Assembly: GCA_976226885.1 (NCBI GenBank)
Contig: OZ320320.1
Location: 75,392,001-75,456,000, forward strand
Direction: 5' to 3'
Source: Iphione sp. A-MEVVRFRX5
Lineage: Eukaryota
Length of the DNA stretch: 64,000 nt
The notes beneath the pieces are model-generated. The model made no database searches. It was not told the origin of the DNA and saw only the letters and a list, made by a program, of their open reading frames with translations. The position numbers were made by a program, and so were the translations under genes. Shown here in pieces: positions 24,921 through 38,500 of this stretch. Position 1 is the stretch's first letter; the number at the start of each line of letters is the position of its first letter.

Positions 24921-27900
24921 TATCTAAAACAATAAGATCGCTACGGTGTTGAGGTTTGCATTTGGGTAGAGAAATCTAGCCCTGAACATCTTATTTAAAA
25001 AGAATCGATTGAGTAAGTGAAGAGATTATCAACAGACGAAAAGTTTTACCATGGAAAATAAAATCACTTTAGAAGCGAAAAAGAAGAGATAGGAAAATGG
25101 TGACAAAATTTTAATATCTCTGGACAAGCAGAAGAGGTTGAATTCAAAAGTTAATTAGGTTGTTTTAAGTAGAAACATCCTAATCAACCAGTATAAGCTG
25201 GAGTAAACAGGATGTGGTCCGGTACCCCTTATTACCATATGATTCAAGTACTTGGCCCTATTAATTATAATCATAACGATAAATAACTGTTAACACCATG
25301 TCTATACGTAATTCTATATACCGTCAGGATAAATAACTAATCTTTAAAAAAAAGGTTCCAGGAGAGACAAAACGTGGTCCTGAATAGTGTCCTATATTTT
25401 TTAAATGATATTCAGCTCACAGGTACAGTGGAAAATTTGATCTATTGTAAAAGACATGTATACAGAACTTAGTCCTATAAGCGATATCTCTTTTAAACAA
25501 TTATTAAAATATGTTCTGTTCGAAGAAAAACAGGACTTGGGCCTTTATAAAACGCACTTTACGGATAAATAAGCAAGATGAATTCATCTTCTGACATACA
25601 TACCCTGGTCCAGTAGTGATCTGTTAGTACAGAATATCATACAGAAGGATGTTTTCTCTGTTACTTTGGATTGATAATAGTTGGGTGTAGAACACAAATA
25701 TTCTGTATCCAATACAGTATTATACAGTATTTTGTATTAATATTACTAGTGTATGATAATAATGTATGATGATAAATTACCTCCTGAAACGAATGGAAAG
25801 TAGTAGAATAATTGAACGTTTTGTGGTTTGCATTTTTGAAATAATTAAATTAGGTTGTAAACCTACAATAATTGACCTGCAGGTCCCCAACTTGCTTGTG
25901 TCAATATTATATTCTTAAAGACTTAGGGCAGGCTGTTTGTCCCAATAATTTGAAAAGAAGAAAATTAGTGCAAACTCACCGCAACACTAGTAGAGGCTGG
26001 TACTGTGGAAAAGAATATCAAGTAAAAAAGCCAGAGTTCTTCTTGTTTTGGCTATCTATTAAGTAAAGCTATATCCCAGAGAATAGTTTGGAATCTAGCT
26101 AGAGGAGAGTGATATCATCACTCTCATGACATCAACAACACTTACTTCTAGTGTTAAATATTGGAACTATAATTTTATGAAATAACAAACTGAACAATAT
26201 ACAGTGTGGTGTTGAAAGTAATCTGTGTGGTAGCTCTGTCTTGACACTTCATCTTGGAATGCACTGTTTGGTGTGATCCACATTGAGTGATCCAGTTGGG
26301 CCCAAATAAGATTCCATTGCATATAAGGTATTGCAATGTTGGTAACTGCATCATATGTGTCTATGATATAGAAGTTTATGTTTTGAAGACTGTAGCTAAA
26401 TTTAGCTCTGATTATGCAACCCAATCAAGAGTTGACACTTAACACCGTATTTTTAGCAACAGTTATGGAACTATGGAGTATATAGGGAGGGCAGTTTTTG
26501 TGAATAAACAGACACTATCTCACTGCACTCTTGAGAGAGATCACCCATGCACAATAGATTAATGTACTTGTACACGAGTGAACCAGATTTTTTATTTTTG
26601 TCTTTTGTTAATAAAATATACAAGGTGACTCGGCTCTTCTTGCATAGACACATTGCAGTAGACATCGTTTTTGGATATGACTATGCCTGTTTTTAAACAT
26701 GTACATTCAAAATCCTGCCTTGACATTAAAAAATCTTGATATAAATTTAGAGTGTGATGTCTCATGAATGGCAAAATAATCAATATAATTCGACTTTTCA
26801 CTACATGAACCGATGATCAGAAGTGGGGTGTGTTCAGAATACAATTTTACATTCAAGTATATTCACGTAAAATTGATATACTTTCATAAAGATATTTCAA
26901 ACAGAACGAGCCATTCATTTGTTTTTCATAACCATTAAGTACAGACCTTCAAATCACTTTAACATGCTGTAAAATATAACATTTTATTGCTCTCTTGTAT
27001 CAATCTGGCATACTTGCTGTGAAACATTTGACAGTAGTGACCACATTTTGTTGCAGTTTACCACCTTTCAGGAACGCCGGGAAATGTTCACAAAGAAATT
27101 ATGGGTATTAAGACGTAGTTTACGGATTTATTTCCAAAGAGATTATTCGAGAAAGATGAATTAATGAAAAAAATCGGTATTGTTTGCTGCAGAAAATATG
27201 TTGTATTTCCTTGAAACACAGACCCTTCTTATATTTACCAATGAGATGACCAGGTGGTTTGTCAGTGCCACGGATTTGTTTAATTTCATTAATGTTCGTG
27301 GGATTGAAATTAAACAGAGGCTTCACGGAAAGAACTCACCTAGGATGGGATTAAGGATAAAAAGGTTACGTCAAATGGCCAATTAAAAATTATGGCAATA
27401 TTTCCTGAAAGGGGAAAATCAGGCTAAATCTCTCGAAATCATTTTTGATAATGTCTCCTTAGTTGTGTAATTGAATCAACAAAGGTTAAGATGTTAAGGA
27501 AGTTGTCTTCAGCTAAAAGGCTATATGTGTTTTGACCAGCCATCGTATAGAATTATTACTTTTACTCAGGTATTGCTAAATTATTTCCTACGAATTAATC
27601 TTCATGTTCATGATAATATGTTCATGATATATTGGAACATTAGGGTGATCGCCTTCTATATGTGTGAAAGATGAAGCTAATTCCACCGTCCACGGTACTA
27701 GAATATAAAAACAATTCTAATCGCCATAAATACACCCATGTATGTAAAGTAGTTGGAGTGTGACATTTCAAAGACCGTTGAATGAATTTAAGAATCATTC
27801 TCAGTAGGTTTGGCATATGAGGGTATGCCCATTGCAAAAAAAATCCCTTCTCCTATTAATTTTGATTGGTTCTCCAAAAGGAAATGTCTAGTGGAATACA

Positions 27901-28364
27901 TGCTGAATATACATGTAATACATGTATTAGCACTCATGCTAGAATTGGATTTACTACAGTATTTTTCACATGCCTTGTTTGGTTCAAATGATGAGGAGAA
28001 GTGGCATTTTACCATATATACATTCACTGACATAATGTATTATCAAACCCATACCTCATACTTCATTAAGACATAGTTCTTTAATTGTTCTCCTAAGCTC
28101 GTAAGCTTTAGTACACAGGCCCCTTTCTAATCATTGGTATGGTCATAACGTAGGTGACAGCCCTATAAATACAGTTTCGCATTTATTAACACGTATATAA
28201 GAATGCAGGGCGGTTTGTATGGTTTTCAAAAATCTCCTGATAATGCTTGATCGTGGGTGCCCTTTCAACATACTGCATACAAATTCTAAGTTATTTGTGA
28301 ACTTTGTTATAATGACATAAATGACAGCTAGATGACAGACATCAAAAACAATAAAATATAGACT

Positions 28365-28750
28365 AGTAAAAAATTATGTGTATTTCTGGTAACCTGACCA
28401 ACCCTAAATTGAGATCATTTGTAATTTCTCTTTTGTTTTGTGTACATCTCCAGAAGAAATAATGGTAGGGACGTATATATACACCATTTTGTTGGTTACA
28501 TCAAAAGTGTCCATTTGACTTCATTAAAATGTAAGCAGTAGAATTTATGTAACCATATACATCTGTGGCTTTGAGTCTTACTTACCATTGAAAAAAATTG
28601 AACAATGAAAAACACACCTACCAACCACTCCTGTATTTTCAGCTTGTCACCATCTCTCCTTTCACTATCATGCAGATACTCTGTGTTTAGTATTAATCTT
28701 TGAGCTGTTTTGTTAACATGTGACCGGAAACACAGAACTTTTTTTAGGCC
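28365..28750. mobile_element. Zator-like MITE, degenerate
   Basis: Left tgtgtatttctggtaacctgaccaaccct; right ccggaaacacagaactttttttaggcc-TAA. Confidence 0.55.
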
Positions 28751-29859
28751 TAAATAGAATTTTATTGGCTCAGTGAATTAGAGCTGTAGGGTATGTTATA
28801 GATATATTTTCTGCTCTTAAGAAAAACATCATAGGGAACCGGTAGGGAATACATCAAGACATTGAATATAAAGAAAAAAATATTTCTGGCATTATAGACT
28901 TAACACTCTTTTCTGGTTTGTATAATGTTGACGATGTACACCAAGAAGGAAGAATCATCACTAAGGCAAGAGTCACCGGAAAAGATGAAGTGCATCATAA
29001 CTGAGACTGAGCATTCCTCAACACTGAAACGAGAGGTAACCGTTGTAAAATTCATTTTTCTCAGAGACAATGTCTGTCGAGACCTCTATAGTCATGGAGA
29101 CCTATTAAATTATCTTATATGGTTAAAATATTAACCAAATAACGGCGATGTATTCCTATAGGCATAACCATGGCTATGGTAGTACATGTATGTGCTTCCA
29201 GGTATATACGATTTATATTGTGTTTCAGTAAAATAGTATATACAATAATATCTACAAAGACAAACCTTATAATAACAAAAAGATAGGGTATTGTCCTATT
29301 TTAGTAGATTAATATATTATGATTTATTATATTTATAATAAAAATGCATCTATGACAATATTGTTACCCTGTATGGCTTAGCCCTCTGAAATGCTTATAT
29401 TATTTTGCCTGAAAGAAACCAATGAAGATGACTCAAACAAAGTGATCAATTTGTGCAACAACATAGGAGTGGACATTCCCATCCAACTTACGCGAATAAA
29501 TCAGATTTATAGAGAATAGCAGAAGAGAAGAAAATTGGGAAACGCCAAGACCATTGACCGTGAAACAGTCAGTAAAAATAGTGATTTTTGTTAGAAGAGC
29601 AAGGTTAATAAAGTACCAAGTCAAAGTCTTCGTGAAGGAAGATCTGCCGGAGGAGGTGCCAAAGTCGTTCTTTAAAGCAACACCCATGGTCAAGAATAAC
29701 TATCCAGAGCCTTTAACGCAGGTCAGGAGATTAAAATCATATGTACAGAGGATCCTGGACAAACACTAACACAATACGACCAAAATCTCAACAAAATGTT
29801 TATAAAAGCCTGGCATTCTCTCACAGGGCACTATGAGGGAGTTACACCCAAGCAGCTCT

Positions 29860-29949
29860 TTTTTCTGCATTTGGAGTAAACCAGATAGTTTGTGATCCTT
29901 GTTGTTATTTCACAGCACATTACTTGTTGGAGACCAGGCTCACGTTACA
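29860..29949 (+). repeat. 3' fragment of the second LTR family
   Basis: ttttctgcatttggagta...ttggagaccaggctcacgttaca matches 63273-63363. No 5' end found. Confidence 0.7.
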
Positions 29950-32731
29950 GTATATATCAAAGAGTGTATAATTTTCAGTAGGTAAAGAATCATTAGGGCC
30001 TGATGTCATCGGAGAAAAAGGACGGATGAGCAGTACCAAGACAGGACTGACACTGTGTGGTGGTACAAGGTTAAAAACGACACGGTGCGGTACAAGTGAA
30101 TGAGTTTTCAACCTTGGATAACCACGTTAAGTGCGGTCCTGTTGCTATTCCATGCATAAATATCTCTGATTTGATATCAGTTTAGTTATAATTTTTTTCA
30201 TTTCCCTTTAAAAATAGAATCAACGCATCTGCCATTTTGTTTGTTTACTTTCTATGGCTTCTTGTCTCATGGTACCCTGTTCCTAATATCGCCAGTGAGC
30301 ATATATGAAAACAGGGCATCAACAAATTTGAGCATGTGTGGTAAACAGAGAATTTGTGTACTTCCAGTCAGTGAGTTGATGACCTGTTTCACAAAACTCT
30401 TTTGCTTGAATATAAATGTCTTAAAGTAGCTTCAATTTGTGTCTAAAATGCTCGTGCATGCTAAATTCAATCAGTGATGTTGTCAGTGTAGTTAGGAATT
30501 GTCTTATTATATTATATTTCTCTGCTGAGAATTCACAATGACACCCGTCCCTCATTAATTATTTTGGCAGGAATGACATGAGGATGGCATCATGAATCCT
30601 TTGGTGCACAAACATAATACTGCACACCTGTGTGATACACACTACATGATTTTTAAGCCACTGGCACGTGGTATTGTGCCAAGTATATACTGCGTGAGCA
30701 TGGAATGAGTAATGGAGGTTAACATTAAAAAAAATCAATTTAGTATTTATTATTGAGCAATTTTATATAATTATATCGACATAGGGCAATCACTAAGATA
30801 AATGGATTTTGTATATAAGCAAATATAGTGTCAAGGACCAGCTGATATAGCACAACCAAAGATGATGAAGGGGCACTGACGGGTGTTATTGATCATGACT
30901 AATGAAAATAAATATTGCCTTGCTAGCCACAATTTGAATTGAATTATTACATTTACTGAATATATAATAAACATATTGTTAATTCGGATTCACTTGATGT
31001 ATGTTCCAATATGATCAACTATATATGACTAAAATTTGTAGTTATGTTGACTCAGATAGTTCTTGTCTAGGCTCCTTTCATGAGTCGGTATTAGTTGTGT
31101 CTGTATTCATTGTTTGATTCCTATGGCATGCTTTCGAAATTATAAGAATTTTTTTTTTTCAGACATTAGAGACAGACTTGACACGGTTGCACCGTCACGC
31201 ACACACTAGCCTCGTTTGTAATAGATTATTAGAATATCGGATAGGAATACTTTAAGTGATTCCAAGGGTTATAAAAATCACTTTTTGGATCAACCTAATT
31301 AAAATTACAAATGCAATGCATACATAACAGGTCCAGAGCCAGGAAGGTTTGTGGGAGGTATCGGATGATACCCCCAAGAACCCGAGAGGTTGATCTCCTG
31401 ACTGCCATCTCTATACATGTAATATACGATTTGTATATGTAAATAACTAAGATCGATGCCCATTGGCTGATAGTTCAACAACTATATGTCACCTAGCAAC
31501 ATATATTCCATGCATAGTCAGTTGCGCTGTAACGTCATTCAACTGAAAAATTCTTATGCTGATTAAAGAGATTTGTGTTACCCATCCTCTTGTCACCTGT
31601 TGTCATTACCCACCTAGATCGGTTATATATACATATATGTATATATAGGCATTATTTTATTATTACCCCCGATACCTCCATTGGTTACGGGCCTGCACAA
31701 GGGAGGGAGCAAAGCGTCTCTCGCTGGACTCACCTACCTGGTGCTGTTGCTTTACGCCTTCTGAATAAACTGAGCCTACTTGGGGCTGTGTACTGATTTC
31801 TGTTACAAATAAATTAAGATGAAGCCCAGCGAGAAGCCATATCGAGAAAATCTGCCAAGTAAATCGGTCAATGCATTAGGAAAATACACACGTGTGTGTT
31901 AATGGACATTCATTAAGGAAAAAAAATCAATCGAAAGAAAATTAGGCAAAGAGAAGAATAGATATGTCCCTGTATGTTCCTCGACGTAGTCAGCTTTTGT
32001 CCTGTTTCACCGTTGTACAAGGTGATCGTGACTAAAGGCGTTGGGCAGGGCATGCTACTGGGCTCATAGACAACTGATTGTTACTCGAAAGAATGAGTCG
32101 AGCTAAATTTCCACGCACCCGCATTCCCCATAAGTGTTTGGAGGTCGTATTTCCGTGTTGTTTGGCATGTAGACAGAGTAGTCTGGAGTCTAGAGAGCTT
32201 GCATGTATGTGAAACATATGCAGTGGTATTCAAAGGTCCAGAAAATGGAACGGCGCAAGCTTCACAGATCATTTATCTCTTTGTGGCGTAGAACAACACG
32301 AAGGAGAACAATTAGCACAGGCACGCGTAGTCACAGTATAGACAATATAGGAGCCACGAGGTTAGACTTTTTCAGCCCAATTTACATGTGTATATACAAA
32401 CGACACAAATTATACAAAATCCACCCATTTTCAGCAACATTTGCGGACAAATGGCACATCTTAAAGAAAATTCCCCCCCCCCTGTCCGGGAAGGTTAAGT
32501 ACAAATGGCACAGCTGATACAAAATAGCTAATTTTCAATACATGTACAGTATCATCTCCTCTCTAAGGTGTGGAAATTAAACCTTAAAACTAATCGGCGA
32601 AGGCCCATTCTTGAGCTGTTACGTAGTTACAGCATGGATCAATGCTTCATAATTTTCCTATGCCAGGAGTTGGCTTCTAGATCTAAATAACTGATATAAT
32701 TAAATTTTCCCAGTTTCAGCCTTATGTTTGG

Positions 32732-33455
32732 TGTAACACAGTAGTGTTAATATGGTGGACATTCATTTGGCAGACATTGGGCTTTGTGGACAATAAACTG
32801 TATATCTTGCGGACCTATGGCGGACATATATTATGTATATGTGAAGATACAATAAGTGTATGTTTCATAATTAGTGTCTTTAATGTACAATGCTAAGTGT
32901 AAGGAAGAGAGTTCCTATGTACAGTGTACAGATATAAGCTTATAACGTGGATCCTTGTCTCAGACAACAGGTGTGTCATGTTACGATGTGACGCCTCTGA
33001 TAGTCTGGATATCAACGTCCTGCACACCAGTAGACACCCATAAACCATGTAAAAGTGACAGGTTAGTCTAAACAAACGCTACATTGGAATCGGGATTTTG
33101 AGGCACTTCCAGGGAGGGTGTTGACAGTTTTCACATCCATCATTGAATGGTGCTAGGGTGGGACACGGGGTTAATGTGATTCTTGACTAGTCATGACCCA
33201 GGGCATGCACCCAGGTCGGAGGTCAGGTAAACTATGACCTAAAGTTATGAACTATTATGAACTTTGTGCCTAAGGTTGCGAACTATGACCAGAGGGGTAC
33301 CGAACTCCTAACATAGGGTTGTGACCTATCAGTATATAATGTCTTGATTTCTTCACACTTTTCGGAGAGCTCTGTGGCCACCACCTGTAAGTGTCTACTG
33401 TCCGGAATAAAAGATCAACTAACTTGGAAACCTGTGTCGTCTTGAGTGTGTTACA
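32732..33455 (+). repeat. 5' LTR (724 bp)
   Basis: TGTAACAC...GTGTTACA termini. TATA-like tatataa near 33333 and aataaa near 33406. Aligns to 42703-43903. Confidence 0.95.
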
Positions 33456-33463
33456 ACTTGATT

Positions 33464-33484
33464 TGGTGCCATGATCAGGATTCA
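33464..33484 (+). promoter_or_regulatory. Primer-binding site, tRNA-His-like
   Basis: tggtgccatgatcaggattc lies 8 nt after the LTR. It resembles the complement of the eukaryotic tRNA-His 3' end (TGGTGCCGTGACTCGGATTC) with 4 mismatches. Confidence 0.7.
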
Positions 33485-33528
33485 TCTGTTGATCGCAAAA
33501 AGAAACACTGTCCCCTATGAGTTTTATC

Positions 33529-34520
33529 ATGGACATAGCCGAGAAGGCTACCAGTGTCACCCTTTATGTCACAAGGACGCAGCCGTTAGGATGATGTTCA
33601 CAGTTCCAAGGTGCCGAAAAAAGACTTGTCTGCACTCGAACCCGAGGATGAGGGATTCTCGCCAGAACATGTCACCTTCCTCCAGAGAATCGGAGGGTGA
33701 CCATTTACCAACCAGTCGATCTCCATGTATATGGACGTGAATTGCAGCAGCTGTTAAACGAATTCACAGGAAGAATTGTGGTGGTGGAACCGATCCGTCG
33801 AGTGAACCGCGGCACAGGTACCCGATCTGGCCGTACAGCACCGCCTGCACTGCAGCCTGTATGTTTGATACTTCCGAGGAGTGCCAGAAGTACGCCGAAA
33901 ATGCTGACGCCACCATCTAAGACACCGTCTCCTACGGTGTCACCGCTTACCATCAGTTTGCCAGTCCCAGTCACAATGGCTGACAATATCTGTCCACCCA
34001 TCCCACCATCAGACGAGTGTCTGGGTAAAACCCAGGACAAGCTGTTGTCCAAGGGAAGTCTAATGGACATGGACATTGCGGATAGTCCTGTAGCAGACGT
34101 GCCCGCGATGTACAAGCCAGTGATCAACGAACCCGAGGTAGATGAAGGAGCAAGCTGACCCGCCGACGGCACAACCGAAACCACCACGCGAATCCAGCCT
34201 GTCATCCCCAGCCTTCGTTGACCACTCCGCTGACCGATTTGGCGACCACGCCTGGAACCAGCCTAGACACTATCACCGAGGCAGGGCACAAGTTAGCCAA
34301 ACTGTTGCGGACCATGGAAGCTGACTCTGCAGAAACCATCCTTGACTTCAGTGGAGGGCCCTTGGACACTGACACGCCAGTCTTGTTGTTCCCAACAGCT
34401 GGACAGTCACCAAAAGGTCTAGTGACTCTGCCTATGGACCTTGATGATTTGTTCCCAATGGGTTGGAGAGACGACCTGTATGGATACGAAACTATCTGGT
34501 GGACATTGAATGAGAAATAG
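33529..34520 (+). pseudogene. Unidentified accessory ORF (ORF0) upstream of gag, disrupted
   Basis: ATG at 33529 is in frame with ORF 33697-34158 through two TGA stops. A frame change leads to ORF 34218-34520. Pro/Ser/Thr-rich middle and acidic-aromatic C-terminus; no family recognised. Confidence 0.6.
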
Positions 34521-34787
34521 CAATCACGGTGAGTGAGTCTTCTTTACTCTCCAAATAAGCCACTTTGAGTCAGAAATTTTTCTTGCAGTGGTTAAGTGCT
34601 GTGTAGCCCAAATGGGTTGGGTAGGTTGTTGTATTTGCTTGTTTGCAATAATAGGGACCATGATTAGTCTTTGGCCGCTAATGCGATATGTCATTGATGA
34701 AAAGGTTTTGAACCAACTAATTTTGGTATTATTGCCTGGTAAGCCCTCCTTTTTGCCTTTCCCTTTTTGGTAGAATAATTAAGGGAG

Positions 34788-35575
34788 ATGGTACAGCCCG
34801 ACCCCATTGTTGTTCACTTACAGACTATTGGTGCTCTATTTGGTCTATAGACCGCCAATTCTACTGTTCCTAAATTTTCAGGATCAGCCAAAGCTTTTGA
34901 AGCTTGGATTAATGCAGTTGAACATGAATCTGCAGGACTAGATGGAGGGGATCATGAGTGAACACTTTTTAGGAAGGTCCTAACCCAACGAACAGCCGAT
35001 GGAGCTGTAGCGGATTATTTGCTAAGGTTAGCTGCTGAACATCCAGGATATACTTGGGCAGAGTACAAGCAAGAATTAACCACTAGATTTGGGGAGGTAG
35101 TAGATTGAGCACGTGCTAAAAGTATTCTCCGAAAATGTAAACAGAAGGCAGATAAGAGTGTCTATGTTTATGCTGAGTGGATATTAGACCTCATTCAGGA
35201 TGCTTACTCAAGATGCAACTGGTGGAATATTTTACTGATGGCCTTAAGTCCGACAAGATAGCATGAAAGGTGTTAAGGGAACACTCCGCAAATCTTCATG
35301 ATGCTGTTGAGTTAGCAGGTTGACAGCATGATGTGCTAAAACAATTTTCATTAAGAAACTGAGATGAAACCCCCATGTAAATAGACAAGGTGGAGGAGAA
35401 AGGAAGATTCCGAGGCAACTGTTATAGTTGTGGGAAATCGGGCCATATGAGTCGTGATTGCAGGCTTAAAAGGAAGACTGGCACGGGTATGAAAAAGAAA
35501 GCTGTTTGTTTTAAGTGTAAGAAAACAGGTCATTATAAGAACGAATGCCTAGGAGAGGACAGTGCAGATTTATAA
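34788..35575 (+). pseudogene. gag: Gag (capsid-like region plus two CCHC zinc knuckles), disrupted
   Basis: ATG at 34788 reads ...VPKFSGSAKAFEAWINAVE...KCKQKADKSVYVYAEWILDL (major-homology-like). Knuckles CYSCGKSGHMSRDC and CFKCKKTGHYKNEC. Contains stops and frameshifts. Confidence 0.9.
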
Positions 35576-38500
35576 TACCAGAGGGAAAACCTACAGTAAG
35601 GGTGTGGATTGGGAAGCAATGGTATTGTGCCTTGATCAATACAGGGATGGATGTTTCGTTAATTAGAGCTACCATTTATCATGAACTCAACAAGAGAGGG
35701 TTAGCTACTGAGCTTTCCTCAATTGAGTCCACTATTCAAGGAGTCGGAGGTGCAGAGATATGACAGTTAGGAGGAACTTTCGTTAGTTCTATTATTAATT
35801 CACAAGAATTAGTGGAGAGTTTCAGGTAGTATTGGGAATAAACCATTCTTTTATATTGGGATGGGATTGGTTGACACAATTTACCAATGAAATTAATATT
35901 AGCAGAGAATATTTAGTAATTAATGGGGCACAAGTGCCTTTGGTCAGAACTGACACGATTGCTTTGTTAGTTCAGATAACGGAGGATGTCACCCTACCAC
36001 CAATTGGCACAGTTTTCATGCATGGACGTTGTACGCTCCCGCTTCAGGAGCAATATATGGTTGTTACCATTGCCACTCAAGGAGCACCGGCTAATGAGCT
36101 GGACGTTATGATTCCTAACTGTTTGCTTCCAAGAAAAAATGTTTCCTGTGGTTAATGGCACTACACGGACCCTGACCTTTAAAAAGGACAATGTGCTTGT
36201 ACATGCCGAGGACAGTGAGATCCTGCCTTTTGCCATGGTTAGTGTCATAGCTGGTACCAAGAAAACACAACGGGATGAAAGGGTGCACTGTTATACTTTA
36301 GAAGAGTTATTAAATCAAAATTAAGATTCATTTGCCGAGTCTGATTTGCAGTTAGGTCAGACAGAATTGGTCACCATGAACATAGATACTGGTAGCACAC
36401 CACCGATTGCGCAGAAACCCTATCGCACACCCTTAGTCAAGCAAAAGGTAGTGGAGGAGAAGATTAATGAGATGCTAAAGGCTGTGGTGATAAAGCCTAG
36501 TAGAAGCCCTTGGGCATCTCCAATAGTGCTTGTAGCAAAGAAAGATGGCACTCAATGGTTCTGTGTGGACTATCATATACTTAACCATGTCACTACCAAA
36601 TTTAACTGGCCTCCACGCCACATTGATGATATTCTAGCCCAACTGGCTGGGAGTAAGTGTTTTTCGACACTAGACTTGCGAAGTGGTTACCATCAAGTTC
36701 CAATGGAGGAGGAGTCAAAGGCAAAAACTGCTTTTGCTTGTCATGCCGGTCTGTTTGAGTTTAACGTCATGCCATTTGGACTTTGTAATGCACCGAGTGT
36801 ATTTTCCGAACTCATGGCTGGAGTACCAGAAGGTGTTAATAGGACTTTTACAACCGCCTATCTGGATGATATCTTGATATGGTCTACAGCAACCCATTTG
36901 CACCACTTGCAGCTCGTCTTTGACCGACTTAGAGCAGCAGGGCTGAAGCTTAAGCACAAAAAGTGTGATTTCTTCTGCAACAGCCTCAAGTACCTAGGCC
37001 ATGTGATAACCGCTGATGGAGTTAAGCCGGACATGACCAAGGTGCAAGCGATTCGCGACTTGCCACCTCCTCAGACAGTTAAAGATATTAGGTCATTTAT
37101 TGGTATGTGCAGTTTTTATAGACGATATGTCCCTAAATTTGCAGAGATTGCTGAACCTTTGTTAGCATTGATGCAGAAACATGTGGACTTTGTGTGGAAC
37201 GAGGAGCACCAATATGCTTTTGAAGCACTTAAAACTAAGTTGATATCACCTCCAGTTTTAGTATTCACTCATTTCGATCGACCTTTCCTCTTGTACATGG
37301 ATGCCAGTGATAGCTGTATAGGTGCCATGTTGTTGCAGGAAGGCAATGATGGAGCAGAATGTCTGATACAGTATCTGTCACACCACTTGTCATCCACTCA
37401 GCAGAGGTGGCCGATTATCGAGAAAGAGGTTTATGCTATAGTGAAGGCTATTAACAAGTTCGAGCCTTTGTTATACGGCAATAAGTTTATTGTGCGCACA
37501 GACCATAAACCACTTAAGTTTTTGTTTAAAACCGAGATGAAAAATGCTAAAGTCCAATGATGGGCTATGAACTTGATATGATTGTACCATCGAATACATA
37601 AAAGGAAGCGAAAATGTAGTCACTGACGCATTAAGTCGACTTTGGGATGATGACATAAAGGGTTCATCTGATTGTAAGACGGACAAGGGTTTGTCCCCAA
37701 AAATGCGTATTGCAGACAAAAGTATGCCCAACGATTTAGCGGACACGGAAGTGCCCGCAGGTTTGTCCGGAAAATTCAGTTCCGCGGACGTGGCCGCTAT
37801 TGATAACGAGCCACTGGTCAATCCACGCACTGATGAATACCGTGATGTGATGTGCGCACAACAAAACGACCCTGCGACTGCTTCCTATGTACATGATCCT
37901 TCTTTTATTAACAGACAGGATTGCTGGTATTATATCACGGACAAGCCAGAGGCTTGGTTGCACATAGTGGTGCCAACTGGATACATCCCCGAGGTGTTGA
38001 AGCACCAACACAATTTAATGGGCCATATGGGGAGAAATAAGACCTACGATCGTATTCGCGAACAATTCTATTGGAAGCATCTATATCGTGACATAGTCAA
38101 ATATGTCACACAGTGTGTAGATTGTAACATGAGAGTTCTATGATGACAATTGTGACCGCTCCAGGAGATGGAAGAGATTACTTTTCCCTTCCAGAAGATG
38201 GCCATGGATACCTGTGGTCCCTATCCAGAGCCGTTGGCAGGTTATAATTACCTGTTGACTCTGGTTTATGTCTATTCAGGATGGCCAGAGTTCTATCCCT
38301 TGAAGGATAAGTCTGCAAGTGCAGTTTGCCTAATATATGTTGACGCAATGATACCGCAGCATGGGTGTCCGTTGGTACTGTTGTCGGACAATGGTACTGA
38401 GTTTGTCAACAGGATAGTAAAAGAAATTTGCAATGTGTATGTCATAACAATAATTACTACTAGTCCGTATCATCTGGCGTTGAACGGTAAGACTGAGCAG

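Noticed and set aside
31528-31807. TGTAAC...GTTACA pair as another solo LTR
   Set aside because: Flanks GCGC and AATA do not form a duplication, and there is no similarity to the other LTRs.
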